64,000 nucleotides of DNA from the human T2T-CHM13v2.0 reference genome, Homo sapiens. Made by a program: the position numbers and the translations under genes. Within the stretch, counting starts at the first letter, position 1; each line of letters begins with the position of its first letter. Shown piece after piece: positions 1-15,830 of the stretch. The notes below the pieces were generated by a model that made no database searches, had not been told where the DNA came from, and saw nothing but the letters and a program-made list of their open reading frames with translations. The stretch covers positions 62,208,001 through 62,272,000 of the forward strand of contig CP086569.2 of assembly GCA_009914755.4 (NCBI GenBank). The letters run 5' to 3'.

Positions 1-1011
1 ATGCTTCCCCTTCAGTACTCTCCAGTGGAGACTGTTCATTCTCCCATATATGGCTTCATTTCATTCCCAATGCAGCCTAGACTCCAGAGAGATGAAGATT
101 TGAGTACCATCTTCATAGGAAGTGTTGGTTGAAATTGGAAATGTGTGATATCTCTCTCTGGCAGAAAGTATAAACTGGAGAAAAGCAAAACACCAGCAGA
201 ATCTTTCCTCTAAAGTGATACCTATCATGATTAGAGAAACCATACAGTTATGCTAGCAAGAATGCCAATTATATAAGAAAGGCAAGTTCACTGGGTCTCT
301 TTACTGTAAAAAATACTTCTAGAAGAATACATTTGGAAACAACTACCATATGAATATAAGAGATAACAATTATTGAGTTCCTACTATGTTTCAGGCATAA
401 AATTAACATTTAATCCTCATGACAACTTTATGATATAGAAATTTTATCACTATTGACAATGGATGTGGAAACAGGGGCTTTGGAAAGTTACTTGCATAAG
501 GCAATGAAACTAACAAGTGAAAAGAAGTCCTAGGATTTAAAACCAGGTTTGTCTCAAACACCATGTTCTCTGCACTCTGCAATACCACCTTGTTTGCTAA
601 TTATATCAATTTAGAATGTGTGCATGGAAATTAAACATGCATTGTTAAAATTTTTACTAGATCTATCAGCAGCTTTCAACATAATTGACCCTTCCCTCCT
701 TTAAGTTCTTTCCTTTCCTGGCTTCAATTAAGCTACATTTTCCTGTTTTCCCTCCTAATTATGTGGTTACTTCCCAGTCTCTTTTTCTAGTTTTTTTTCC
801 TTTATCTGGCCTTTAAATATTGAAGTACTCAGGACTCTTCCTGTCCCTTTTGTTTTACAAGTCTACACACTTTTCCCAAGAAATGTCATCCCAAAACTCT
901 TCCCTGGCCCCCAAGAACCATTTCTTCATTTCTCTACTTCTGGAATTTACACTCTTATGACTTCAACTATACTGATGACTCCCACATTTGTATCTCTAGC
1001 ACACACCATTT

Positions 1012-1068
1012 TTCTTTTTTCTTTTTCTTTTTCTTTTTATTTATTTATTTATTTATTATTATTATACT
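1012..1068. repeat. simple repeat (TTTTC)n/(TTTA)n/(TTA)n; reverse-complemented A-rich tail of the adjacent minus-strand L1
   Basis: Read directly: tttttctttttctttttctttttatttatttatttatttattattattat, immediately 3' (in minus sense) of the L1 3' end. Confidence 0.7.
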
Positions 1069-2212
<1,144 letters not shown>

Positions 2213-3639
2213 ACCCCATTTTTCTAAGCTCAGTGCTGTATCCAATTGCATAGTCTATATCTACATATATTATAGATACCTCAAGTTCAACACATTCAAA
2301 ATTGAACTAATTAACTTTGTTCCTCAAATCTGCTCATCTTTGATGGTTCTCAAACTCAATAAATGTTATTACTATCTACTCAAATGCTCAAGCCATAAGC
2401 TTGTGAATCCTCCTATCTTCAGTCTCTTCATCTCCTATATGCAATGAATCAAAAAGTGCTGTCAATTCTTCTTTCTTGAGAATCTCTCTAATTCATTAGC
2501 TTTTCTACATCTCCACAATCATAATTAACCAAAAAGCTATTAACAATGCCTTATTGTATTGCTCCAATAGCTCCTTAACTAGTTTCCTCATAAAACCTTT
2601 TATCCCCACTCCAATATTTTCTCCACATAGCAAATAATAATATTTTTAAATGTAAATTTTATTATGTCATTGTCTTACTCTCTATTGCTATTTGTAGTTC
2701 CCTAATTATTAAATCAAACTTCTTAATATTGCCAGGCCTCTGCCTACTTCTCTCCTACCTCATATTCTACCTTCTCCTCCTCACTGTATTCCAAGTATAC
2801 TATCCTTCTTTCATTTTCTTAAACATACAAAGTTTTATCCTGCTTCAGGTAATTTGCCTATATTGGTCTATCAGAGCAAACCCCTTTACATAGCTTACCT
2901 CTGCTCATTCTTTACATCTCTTAACCATCACTTGCTCAGGAAAACCTTTTGTTTTGCTCCCTTGAAGACTAGATTATGTCCTTCGTTATACACTTCTATA
3001 GCACTTGGTGCTATCTCTGACTACACTACTAATTATTTAATTACAGATTTATTTCTGTCTTCTGCTAAAATATAAACTTTATAAGGGCAGGAATAATTAT
3101 TGTGTTGTTAATTCCTGTATGTTCACTACCTGGCATATCATATAAAGTTATTGAGGGGGAAGCACATATTGATGTACTACAGTGTATTCTACTGAGAAAA
3201 ATAAGTTTCAGATTATTTTTCATTATGAATCATCAATGTAATTGCTCCTTTATACTGACTTAAAAATTGAGAGATGTATGTATTTTAATTATGTCTATTA
3301 CTTAAGCCTATACTTCACTCTGTATTGCAATCCTATTATAAAATGTGCCTAAGCTGTTGGCTAGAAAATTTTAAATTTATGTTATATACCACTTGAAAGT
3401 CATACATTTTTTCAGTCAATGCCAAAATACTCAGAAATACTGTTAATTCTTCCTTACTGCCTACCTTTGTCATATCATGCTGGGTTAGGCAGGGTTGATT
3501 CATCTTGGAAAACATATTCACTTGACTTCATTTACTTTTACTTTCAAATGGGAGTTCCTTACATTACAAAAAAAAATTTTTTCTTCTCCTCTCTTGGATG
3601 CAAAAGTAAGACCCAATTTTATTTATAATTTTATTATAA

Positions 3640-4465
<826 letters not shown>

Positions 4466-4514
4466 AAATATGTGGGAGAGTGGCTACCCAGACTTCATCA
4501 GTACACAATGTATC

Positions 4515-4766
4515 CATGTTAACAAAATTGTACTTTTTTGTTATAATCACAAAGTAGTGAATATGAGGATAAAATAAAGGAATTGGCAGGGTAGATATCT
4601 AAAGAGATAATTGAGTCAAATATCACTCAGAGGCTTGAGTCTAAGTCACTACAAGTATGAAATTCAAAAAATTAGAAATGAGAGAAATATCACTCAGAGG
4701 CTTGAGTCTAAGTCACTAGAAGTATGAAATTTGAAAAATTAGAAATGAGAGATTTTGGTTAAATTT
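4515..4766 (+). repeat. unclassified interspersed or segmental repeat, copy 1, containing an internal roughly 70-bp tandem duplication (4614-4683 and 4684-4753)
   Basis: …cacaaagtagtgaatatgaggataaa…tcactcagaggcttgagtctaagtcactacaagtatgaaattcaaaaaattagaaatgagaga occurs twice in tandem. The whole block recurs at 7040-7230. Confidence 0.6.
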
Positions 4767-4799
4767 ACAGAAAAGAAAACTTGTGAGGTGTAGCTAAAG

Positions 4800-6180
4800 C
4801 AGTGCCTTTAGAGGGAAATGTATGGTATTAAGTGCTTATATTAGAAAAGAAGAAAGGATTCAAATCAACAATGTAAGTTTCTACTTTAATAATTAGAAAT
4901 ATAAGAGCAAAATCAACCCAAAGTGTAGAAGGAAGAAAGTAATAACAAAGAGAATAAATGAAACTGAAAATAGAAAAACAAGAGAGAAAATCAGTGAAAC
5001 CAAGAGCTATTTGGAAATAGCTAATCTGATCAAGAAAAAAAGAGAGAAGACACAAATTACGTATATTAGAAATGAAAGAGGGAACATCACTATGGGTCCT
5101 ACATATACTAAAAGTGTAATAAGGAAATACTATGAACAATTTTAAGCCAAGAGATTTTACAACTTAAATGAAATTGACAATTGCCTTGAAAGACCAAATG
5201 ACCAAAATTTATTCAAAAAATAGAAAATCCAAATAGCATATTTTGTAAAGACATTGAATTCATAATCAATTAAAAATACCATTAAGCCAGATAGTTTTCA
5301 CTGGTGAATTCTATAAAACATTTAAGGAAAAAGTAACATCAATCTTACACAAATTATTTCAGAAATTAGAAAAGAAAGAGACAGTTCTCAATTTTTAGGC
5401 CAGTTCTCAATTTTTAGGCCAGTTTTACTCTGATTTAAAAAGCAGACTAAGTTATTGCAACAAAAGAAGGCTACAGAGTAACATCCCTTATGAACAAAAA
5501 TACAAAAGTATTTAACAAAATATTAACAAATTAGATCCAGCAAGATATATAAAGGATAATGCATCAGTACCAAGAGAAGTTTATCCTGGAAATGCAAGGG
5601 ACAAAGACATTAACATTTGAAAATAAATTGTTGAAATTCACCATATCATCAGAATAAAGGGGGAAACCATATGATCATCTTAATAGATGCAGAAATAGCA
5701 TCTGCAAAAAAAATTCAAGGCCAATTTATAATAATAATTTTTTTAAAGCCCTTAGCAAACTAGGGGAACTTCCTCAACCTGATAAAGGGCACCTACAACA
5801 AAAGCCCTACTGCTTTACCCTTAAGATTAGGAATAAATGGACATAGAAAGAAGGATGGCTACCAGAGGCTGGGAAGGGTAGCTGGGGGTTGGGAGGAGGC
5901 GGGGATAGTTAGTGGGTACAAAAAAAGTAGAAAGAATGAATAAGACCTACTATTTGATGGCACAATAGGGTGATTATAGTCGATAATAATTGTATATTTT
6001 TAAATAACTTAAATAACGTAATTGGATTATTAGTAACTCAAAGGATAAATGCTTGACAGGACAGATACCCCATTCTCTATGATGTGCTTATTTCACATTG
6101 CATGCGTGTATCAAAATATCTCATATACCTCATAAATATATACACCTATGTACCCATAAAAAATTTTTTTAATTAAAAAT
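4800..6180 (+). mobile_element. old L1 (L1M/L1PB-type) ORF2 3' part and 3' UTR
   Basis: L1 ORF2-like coding (…nldelkiqnsk…), then the typical old-L1 3' end: ggctgggaagggtag…gttagtgggtacaaaaaaagtagaaagaatgaataagacctactatttgatggcacaatagggtgattatagtc…ccataaaaaatttttttaattaaaaatat. Confidence 0.75.
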
Positions 6181-6214
6181 ATATTAGGAACAAGGCAAGT
6201 ATGTCCACTCTTGT

Positions 6215-7040
6215 CATTTCTAGCCAACATTGTACTGAAAGTCCCAGCCATTGCAATAAGGTCCATATAAGAAATAAAAGACATTAAGATTGGAAAGGAA
6301 GAACCAAAACTATATCCACAAGTGACATTATTGTGTACATGGAATATCCTAATGAATCTCCAAAAGGGCTATTAAAATTGTAAGTGAGCAAGGTCACAAG
6401 ATACAAGACCAACATACAAAAGTCAATTGCATTTCCATAAACTAGCACATAACAATTGAATATTGAAATAAAAAGCAATTACTTTTAAAATAACATTCAA
6501 AAAACATGGATTACTTAAGGTTATATTTAATAAAATACATTGAAAACCTGCACATTTAAAACTGTAAACTTTGCTGCAGAAATTGAAGAAAAATAAATGG
6601 AGGCATATATCATATTCATAGCTCGGAAGACTCAGTAGTGTCAATCCTCCCAATATTAATTCATAAATTTAACTTGAAAGATACTGACAAGCTGGTACTA
6701 AAATTTATGTAGAAATACTAAGGATCTAGATATCAAAATGAATTTTCTAAAATAACAAATTGGTAATACACTACTTGAGATCAAAACTTACTACTAAACA
6801 CAGAGGAAGGTGTCAGGATAATTGCACAGGAAGAATGGTATATATGAAAATAAACATATGAGGGCAAAATGCACTGATCAAGTAAATGAGATGCTCTATC
6901 TGGAGTGAAGAGTTTAAAATATATTTTTGGACTAGAAAAATGAATTGGACCCAAATTGAAGATAATTTTAAATGTCCTGATGAAAGTTGTTAGAAAATTA
7001 GTTGTCTATAATATATAGAATGATACTTGAAAGAGGCAGG
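6215..7040 (+). mobile_element. old L1 (L1M-type) ORF2 reverse-transcriptase region fragment
   Basis: ctagccaacattgtactgaaagtcccagccattgcaataaggtccatataagaaataaaagacattaagattggaaaggaagaaccaaaactatatcc… is the L1 RT-region pattern (…[26 protein letters not shown]…). Confidence 0.7.
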
Positions 7041-7230
7041 GATACAAGTTAAAATTGTTTTCATGAACCCATACACAAAGTAGTGAATATGAGGATAAAG
7101 AAAAAAATAGGCATGGTAAATATAAAAAGAGATAATTTAGTCAAATGTAATTCAGAGGTTGGAGTTTAAGTCACTAGAATTATGAAATTGGAAAAAAAAT
7201 AGAAGTGAGAGATTTAGTTTAAAAATGAAT
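7040..7230 (+). repeat. unclassified repeat, copy 2 (single-unit version of 4515-4766)
   Basis: …catacacaaagtagtgaatatgaggataaag…taattcagaggttggagtttaagtcactagaattatgaaattggaaaaaaaatagaagtgagagatttag is about 80% identical by eye to copy 1. Confidence 0.55.
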
Positions 7231-8657
7231 TCCATTTATAAATGTTTAATTTTATATCATTACAGTGTCAATCTGTTAATATAGAACAAGTGCTTTTCAA
7301 ATATAGATAGAAAGAATGGATTTGAGATATAGACTTGGAAATCGTGCACATAAAGGAGATAGTTGATGCTGTGAGAAGGGAAAGTATAAAGAGAGATGAG
7401 AACAGAAGTATTTGACCTAAGGTTTAAAAAATACCAACTTCTGATAGCAAGAACAGAAAGAATGAATCAAGTAGAAAGGAAGGAATCCTGGATTGTCTCT
7501 GTGTTAACTTACACTGCTGTATGTTTCCAGGACTAGGAAAACTGGAAATGAGCAGGTGAAAATCAGGAAACTAAAATAAATTATTTGTTTCTTTCTAAAA
7601 TGTCTGGTCAACCTTCGCCTGTTTTCCTTGACCTAATATTTACAGAGATGCTCAGTAAGTTCTAGTACTTAGTATATGGTCTAAGGTTTTTCTTGGTCTA
7701 AGGACATGAACTATGGATGAATGTAAGCCAAGGACTTTACAAGGCATATAGTTCTTTGCTCATCATAAGTTACAATAAAACTAAACAAAAAAATATGTTC
7801 CAAAGACTATAAAACTACAGAAATCAAGATAGTTTGGTGTTGGCAAAAAGATAGTCATATAGGTTAATGGCAGAGAATAAGGTATCTAGAAAGAGACCCG
7901 TATATTCATGGTCAATTGATTTTTCATGAAGGTGCCAAGGCAACTAAATGGAAAAAGGAGAATCTTTACAGCAGGTGGTGCAGGAACAACTAGATGTTCA
8001 TATGAAAAAAAAAGAAGCTTAACAACTTGACACTTACTTCATGCAAATAAAAATTAACTTGAAATGGAAAATAGAAAAAAAAGAGAAAAATCTTGACAAC
8101 CTTTGGGTAAGTAGATTTCTTAGGACACAAAAAGCATAAGCCATAAAAGAAAAAACACTGATAAATTGATTTCATCAAAATGTCAAAGTTTTATTCTTCC
8201 AAACATACTGTCAAAATAAAAAGACAAGTCGCAGATTGTGAGAAAATGTTTACAAAACAGTTATCTGACAAAGGATTTATATCCAAAGTATATAAAGAAC
8301 TCTCAAAACTCAATAGTAGTAATAACAGTAAGAATAGGAATAAGAATAAAAGAAAAACAGCCAGAAGGAAAGGTGAGCTAAAAATTTGAATGGGCCCTCT
8401 GTATAATTGCCATTTGTATATTTTCTTCTTTGTATAAAAGATGTACATTCAGTATTGCCGTCATTGGAAGAAGAAAAAAGATATACAAGTAACAAATAGG
8501 CACATGAAAACACCCTCTACAAAACAGTAGAATAGATAAAATAAAGGATGTAATGATACCCTCTATTGCTAAGGATGTGGAGAAGCTGAAACTCACATCT
8601 TATCTGTGAGAATATTAAATAGTACAACCACTTTGGAAAATATTTCAGCAGTTTGTG

Positions 8658-8996
<339 letters not shown>

Positions 8997-9167
8997 TAAA
9001 CATATGCTTTTCGTATGACCTTGTGATTCCACTCCTAGGTATTTATTCCAGATAAATACAAACATAGTTCCATAAGAAGATATGTACTTGTATATATCAG
9101 CTTTATCTATACTAGCCCTAACTTGGAAACAACCCAAGTTTCCAGCAACAGATAAAATGGATAAACA

Positions 9168-9564
<397 letters not shown>

Positions 9565-10199
9565 TTAGAAAGCTTCTAGATTGCTGAACACCTGGAGGTT
9601 CCTGGAGGATGACAATCCCAGAGAGGGCAGGAAGCTCCATGCCTCTTCCCCAATACCTTGCCCTAGGCATCTCTTCATTGGTATCCTTTGTAATATCCTT
9701 TGTAATAAACCAGCAAAAGAGTAAGTGTTATCCTGAGTGCTGTGAACCACTCCAGCAAATTACTCAAACCCAGAGAGGGTGTCATGAGAACTCCTGATTT
9801 ATAGCTGATCAGTCATGGGTCACAACTTGGAGCTTGCAATTGGCATCCGAAGTAGAGCAGTCTTGTGAGACTGAGCCCTTAACCTGTGGGATCTGATGCT
9901 AACTCCAGGTAGATAGCATCAGAACTGAATTAAATTGTAGGACACCCAGCCTAGTGTCCACTGGAGAATTGCTTGGTGTGTAGGGAAAACCCCACACACA
10001 TCTGGTGTCAGAAGTTTTATGTTAAACAACTGTATGTGAGTAGAGAGAAACTTTTTTCTTCAGATTATCACCTGGAGCAAGTCATTTTTAAATGCGCTCC
10101 TTCTTTGTATGAGAAAATTATTTTCAATGATAATTATGTACATAATCTGTACCTAACCTGTAAAAATTGTTATTTTGTTTTTATTTAGTTTTAAACCAA

Positions 10200-11180
10200 A
10201 AATTGATTTTAAAAGACTAAATTTCAATCTTAAACATATTCAAGAAGTAAAACATATCATGTGTGAACTAAAAATTTCACTTATCTAGCAAAAATAGTCT
10301 ATCTCACAGCTCATACTGTGTTCTATTGCTTTGATTTTTAAATGTTTTTACTTTTTTTTATTTCAATAGCTTTTGGGATATACAGGTTTTTGGTACATGG
10401 ATGAATTATATAGTGGTAAATTCTGAGATTTTAGTGCACTCATCACCCGAGTAGTGCACATTGTACTCAATATGTAGTTTTTTTATCCCTCATCCGCCTG
10501 CCCCCTCCCCCTTTCTGAGTCTTCAATGTCCATTTTACCACTCTGTATGCCTTTGCATACCCATCGCTTAACTCCCACTTGTACGTGTGAATATATGGTA
10601 TTTGGTTTCCCATTCCTGAGTTACCTCACTTAGAATAATGACCTCCAACTTCATCCAAGTTGCTGCAAAAGACATTATTTCGCTCTTTTTTTCTGGCTAA
10701 GTAGTATTCCATGGTGTATATATACCACATTTTCTTTATCCATTCACCAGTTGATGGGTTGGTTCTTAGGTTAGTTCTATATCTTTGTAATTGTGATTGT
10801 GCTGTGATAAACATACAAGTACAGGTGTCTTTGATACAATGACTTCTTTCCCTTTGAGTAGATACCCAGTAGTGGGATTGTTGGATTGAATGGTAGATCT
10901 ACTTTTAGTTCTTTGAGAAATATCCATACTGTTTTCCATAGAGGTTGTACTAATTTACATTCCTACCAGTAGTGTTAAGCCTTTTCTTTTCACCATATCC
11001 ACACTAACATCTATTGTTTTTTGACTTTTTAATAATTGCTATTCTGGCTGGGGTAAGGTGGTATCTCATTATGGTTTTAATTTGCATTTCCTTGATGATT
11101 AATTATGTTGAGCATTTTTTTCATACATTTCTTGGCCATTTGTATATCTTTTTTGAGAAGTGTCTATTTATATCAAAACT
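10200..11180 (-). mobile_element. old L1 (L1P/L1M-type) 3' end: ORF2 C-terminus plus 3' UTR
   Basis: The antisense L1 3'-region pattern: …gtagtattccatggtgtatatataccacattttctttatccattcaccagttgatggg…attgctattctggctggggtaaggtggtatctcattatggttttaatttgcatttccttgatgattaattatgttgagcatttttttcat. Confidence 0.8.
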
Positions 11181-11334
11181 CCAAGTGACCAAACAAAATT
11201 ATGAAATTGAAATAACTCAAGTTTTTTTCTTAATCTTTACAATCACTGTGCTGTCATTGTTTCAGATCCACAATTTAAATGCAGAAATATGTAGTACTAA
11301 AGAGGTTGGATGACACAAACTGCCCTCAGTGGGC

Positions 11335-11810
11335 TTGAATGATTAGAGACCACTGTAAACTGACTCCCTGTATTAGGAAGTTCTTGCATTGCTACAAAGA
11401 AATACCTGGGACTAGGTAATTTATAAAGAAAAGAGGTTTAACTTGCTATGGTTCTGCAGACTTTATAGGAAGTGTGGTGCTGACATCTGTTTGGCTTCTA
11501 GGGAGGCCTCAGGAAGCTTTACAATCGTGATGTAAGGTGAAGGGGGAACAGGCACGTCACACTGTGAAAGCAGGAGCAACAGCAAAAAGGGGGAGGTGCC
11601 ATACACTTTTAAATGCCCAGATCTTGTGAGAACTCACTCACTATCACAGTACCAAGGGGATGGTACTAAACCATTTATGAGAAAACCACCCCCATGATCC
11701 AATCACCTCCCACCAGGCCCCACCTCCAACATTGGAGATTACAATTCAATATGAGATGTGGGTGGGGACACAGATCCAAACCGTATCACTCCCCAAATGA
11801 ATGTGTGTAG
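11335..11810 (-). mobile_element. MaLR solo LTR (MST/MLT-like), antisense
   Basis: Reads as the reverse complement of the THE1/MST LTR: …gggactaggtaatttataaagaaaagaggtttaa…ggaggcctcaggaagctttacaatcgtgatgtaaggtgaaggg…actcactcactatcac…ccatgatccaatcacctcccaccaggccccacctccaacattggagattacaattcaatatgagatgtgggtggggacacag…aaaccgtatca. Confidence 0.8.
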
Positions 11811-11929
11811 CTGAGTCTACATATGTCATGGGCTGACTGCAGAATTGGCCTTACTCTGAATTAATTTATATCTAGAATTAAAGGTTAAATGATCAAAATA
11901 TGCTAACTTGAAGGTTACATTTAAATTGT

Positions 11930-12800
11930 TAATAGTCAACAATAACAGTATCGAATGTCCAGAATTTAGCCCAACAAAAGAGTTTTAATCAACAAAAGGG
12001 TAGGAAAGAATCATATTAAGCAAATATTAGGAAAAGAAAACTGGTATACCTACATTAATTTCAGATAAAACATACTTTTCTACAAAAATACTATTAGGTA
12101 TAGAGAGGATCACTACCTAATGGTAAATGTTCAATTCACTGCAAAGTTAGAGAAATTTTAAACATATTAGTACCTAATAAATAGCCTCAAAAATATGAAG
12201 CAAAAAATTGATAGAATTGCAGGGATAAATGAACAAACATACTACATAGAGAGAGATATTAATACTCCTCTTTCAATTAGGTCAAGGCAATAAAAAATTC
12301 AGAAGAATATATAAGATATCTTTATCGCAACTAAGAAGTTTGACTTAAACTTACTAATGCTGACCCCCAACATATAAAGAGTTTGAATAGTCTTTGAAAC
12401 ATAAAATGAATTAAAGCAGTATTTTAAAATAGTCCTACAAAGAAAACACCTTTTTTGTACAGGCAAGTTCAACTACATTTTGAGAAGATCATCTAAATTT
12501 TAATCAAACTCTTCTAACAATAGAAAAGAAGGAAAGCTTCTAACTTATTAAAGCAGCATAATCATGATATGAAAACCAAAGATATTACATGAAAGGAAAA
12601 TGACATGTCCACTTTATTTATGAATATAAATGCACAAGTTCTACATGAAATATTACTAACTGAATTTAATGGTTCATTTTATGTTAGGGATGTAAACGTA
12701 GCTTAATATTAGAAGGCGTATAAAGGTAATTGACTAAACTAACAGATTAAAAGAAAAAACTGCATGATAATTTATTATAGAAAAAGTTTATGATAACATT
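11930..12800 (+). mobile_element. diverged old L1 (L1M-type) ORF2 endonuclease-region fragment
   Basis: gaaaagaaaactggtatacctacattaatttcagataaaacatacttt… parallels the L1M consensus aaaactggtgtagctatacttatatcagacaaaatagacttta…; highly diverged. Confidence 0.5.
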
Positions 12801-14498
12801 TTGACTGTGGAAAACAATGCAGTTTATTTTCCACTGGTCAGGAACAAGAAAAATATAGTCCTGATGAGTGCCATCAGCCATCCTATGACTTTAAAGACAG
12901 CCGTTCTTAAAATGATTCTGACTCTGTGGATGGCAGAATTCAAGGGAGAGATTTAAACAAGAGATATACATTTTGTATTATCAGCATATAGATGGTATTT
13001 AGAGCTATAAGACTGATTGAGGGAGGGGAATGAATGTAGATAGAGAAGAATAGAGATGCAAGGATGGAACCCCAACGTTTGTAAGTTACTCAGTGAGCCT
13101 TATGGGAATCAGCTGAAACTTATCTTAAAGGGCCAGAGTGAAAAAAGAGAATAAATTCAGTGACCCTAACAAACAAGCAAATCCCAGGTTCTCTAGGAGT
13201 CAGAACCATATAAAACGAAGGGTTCATAAATGCCTAAAGATATATGCTCAGGCATGCTCAGGTGTTGGATTTCTGTAATCCAGGGGAGGATGCTATTTCT
13301 GAGAAAGACTAGACTAAGTTTTCCTCCAGGGGAGGAGAATATCTGTCACCTAGGCTCAAAGGGATAAATTGGGTAGGTCTGAGGATGGGGTTAAAGTCAA
13401 AATGGTCATGTCATTTTATAGGTTTAATTTTCAGTATTGCCTATACCTAAGGTTGGGGTGGAAGAATAAGTAGATACAAGAAAATTTTCCCTAGGGATTA
13501 CCAGGAGTGCTGATTGAAAGTAAATTAAGGAAAAAATGAACTGCATTTTCTATCATATGTGTTTCCAAAATTAACTGCCCTATGGATATCTTATGTAAAA
13601 TGGTAGCCAGAGGACAGAGGTGAATTAGAACAGTTGCACAGGGAAACATAGGGACCCTGATATATGTTTATTTTTAATTAGACACCACACGGGTTAATTA
13701 TATGGGGTCATTAGAAGAATAACTGCTCCAGATTCTCTCTCTGGTATGTGCAAAAGTGATGAGCCACAATAGCAGATGTACTTTCCCAGCAACAAAAATA
13801 CTAAACCCTACAGTTTAAGTAGAACACCACTAAACTGGAATTGGTCCAGAATATAAGGAAAGTGATAGGATGGGAAATCAAATAGGTGCAGGAGTTTTTA
13901 GCCTGAAGAAAGAAATGATTCCAGGGTAGCAGGACCATTGTCTACAAATATTCAAAAAGTTGCCATGTAAAAGATGAGAGACAATTGATTTGTGTATCTT
14001 TAGTGGCAAAAGGAACCAGTTGAAGTTGTGAAGCTGATTATTTAACATCAACATAAGGTACAGTTCTAGTTGTCCAACAATTGAATAGTCTGCCTCATTA
14101 AGTAATGGGCTCCCATTCAAACAACACTTAAGAAGATATAGAATGATTCTTACTTGGGATGCTGGTGAGCTTATTACAGCATTGAATAGCTGTTGGATGA
14201 GAGAAACTTTAAGATCTAATTTCAGACTCTTTTACTTTATGAAAAAATACTCTTTCATTTTATTGAATTCAACCCCACATGTCATCAATGGAATTTGTAT
14301 TCCCTTGAAGATTTATGTCATCGCAGTTTTCTTTTCCTTTCTTTCAAATAATTAACAAAACCATTGAAAGACACAATATGGCCTTTCAGACATTTAGCAA
14401 TCTATGAAGGAAAACAATTTGGACACAATTGCACATGATAAGTATGCAAAGTGTTTAGTGAATTAATCTGCTATGACTTTCTTTAAAAATACCATTCA

Positions 14499-14793
<295 letters not shown>

Positions 14794-15449
14794 TCAGCCC
14801 CACATTCATTATCTTATTCACAAGAATAGTATCCAAATACATTTAATATACCAAACTAGAAGCCTATCAAGAAATGGAAATAATAACAATAAAAACAGCT
14901 AAGACAGTAATAATTTACCATGTACCAGGTAATCTTTTAAACCTTTTGCATATATGACTTTACCACACCCCCTGAAGTAAATAATATTGTTAGCTTCATC
15001 TTAAAAATGAGGAAACAGAAGGATAAAGAATGTATGCATCTTGCTCAAGCACAGACAGCGACTAAATTGTAGAGCCAGGATTCAAACCCAGGAAGTCCTG
15101 CTCCCTAGCCGGTGTTACTAATAACTTCACTCTATAGTTTGGCATAACTTGGTTCAAGATGGTTACATGTAATTACTCCCACTCTTCTAAATTAGAAAAA
15201 AAAGATGATTTTTACAAGTAACATGTAAATATCTTTTCATTATAAAATTAAAACATTACTTATAAAGCTAAAAAGTTATCTTGATTAGCCTCCAAACCCA
15301 GTATCCTACCCAAATATAGCCAATGTTATCTGATTGTTCTATATTATTTGAAGTATTTTTAAATTTTTATACATATATACAAATATATGCATACACATGT
15401 GCACATATACAGGTTTTTTAAAGGTATAAAATAGAAATAAAAGTATTCC

Positions 15450-15830
15450 TCTGCAACTTGCTTTCCTTATTCAACAATATATCTTGAAGACCTTTTAGTT
15501 ATAGTACATAGAGCTATCCCACATTCTTTTTAACTGTTGCATAATATTCATAGTATGGAAATATTTTTAATTTAGCCATTCCCATGTTGATGGACATTTA
15601 GGTTGCTTCAATTATTTTGCTGTTATAAACAAGGCTGTGGGAGAGTCCTTGTGTATGTCTGTTTTTGCCCATGTGCAAATATTACCTTAAGGTAGACACA
15701 GAGAAGTGGAATTGCTTGGCCACTTGGGGATGTGCATTTTAATTTTAAGGCATATTGCTAAGTTGTCATCCAAAATAGCTGAACAAACTTACACTCCTTT
15801 TAGGAGTGGGCGAAACTGCAGAAAACAGAA
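15450..15830 (-). mobile_element. old L1 (L1M-type) 3'-region fragment, antisense
   Basis: …ttagccattcccatgttgatggacatttaggttgcttcaattattttgctgttataaacaaggctgtgggagagtccttgtgtatgtctgtttttgcccatgtgcaaatattaccttaaggtagacacagagaagtggaattgcttggccac… is the antisense L1M ORF2-end pattern. Confidence 0.65.

Noticed and set aside
4600-4760. Regularly spaced direct repeats, checked as a possible CRISPR-like array
   Set aside because: It is a single 70-bp tandem duplication in a eukaryotic repeat context with no spacer-repeat periodicity. Nothing elsewhere in the window resembles a CRISPR array.
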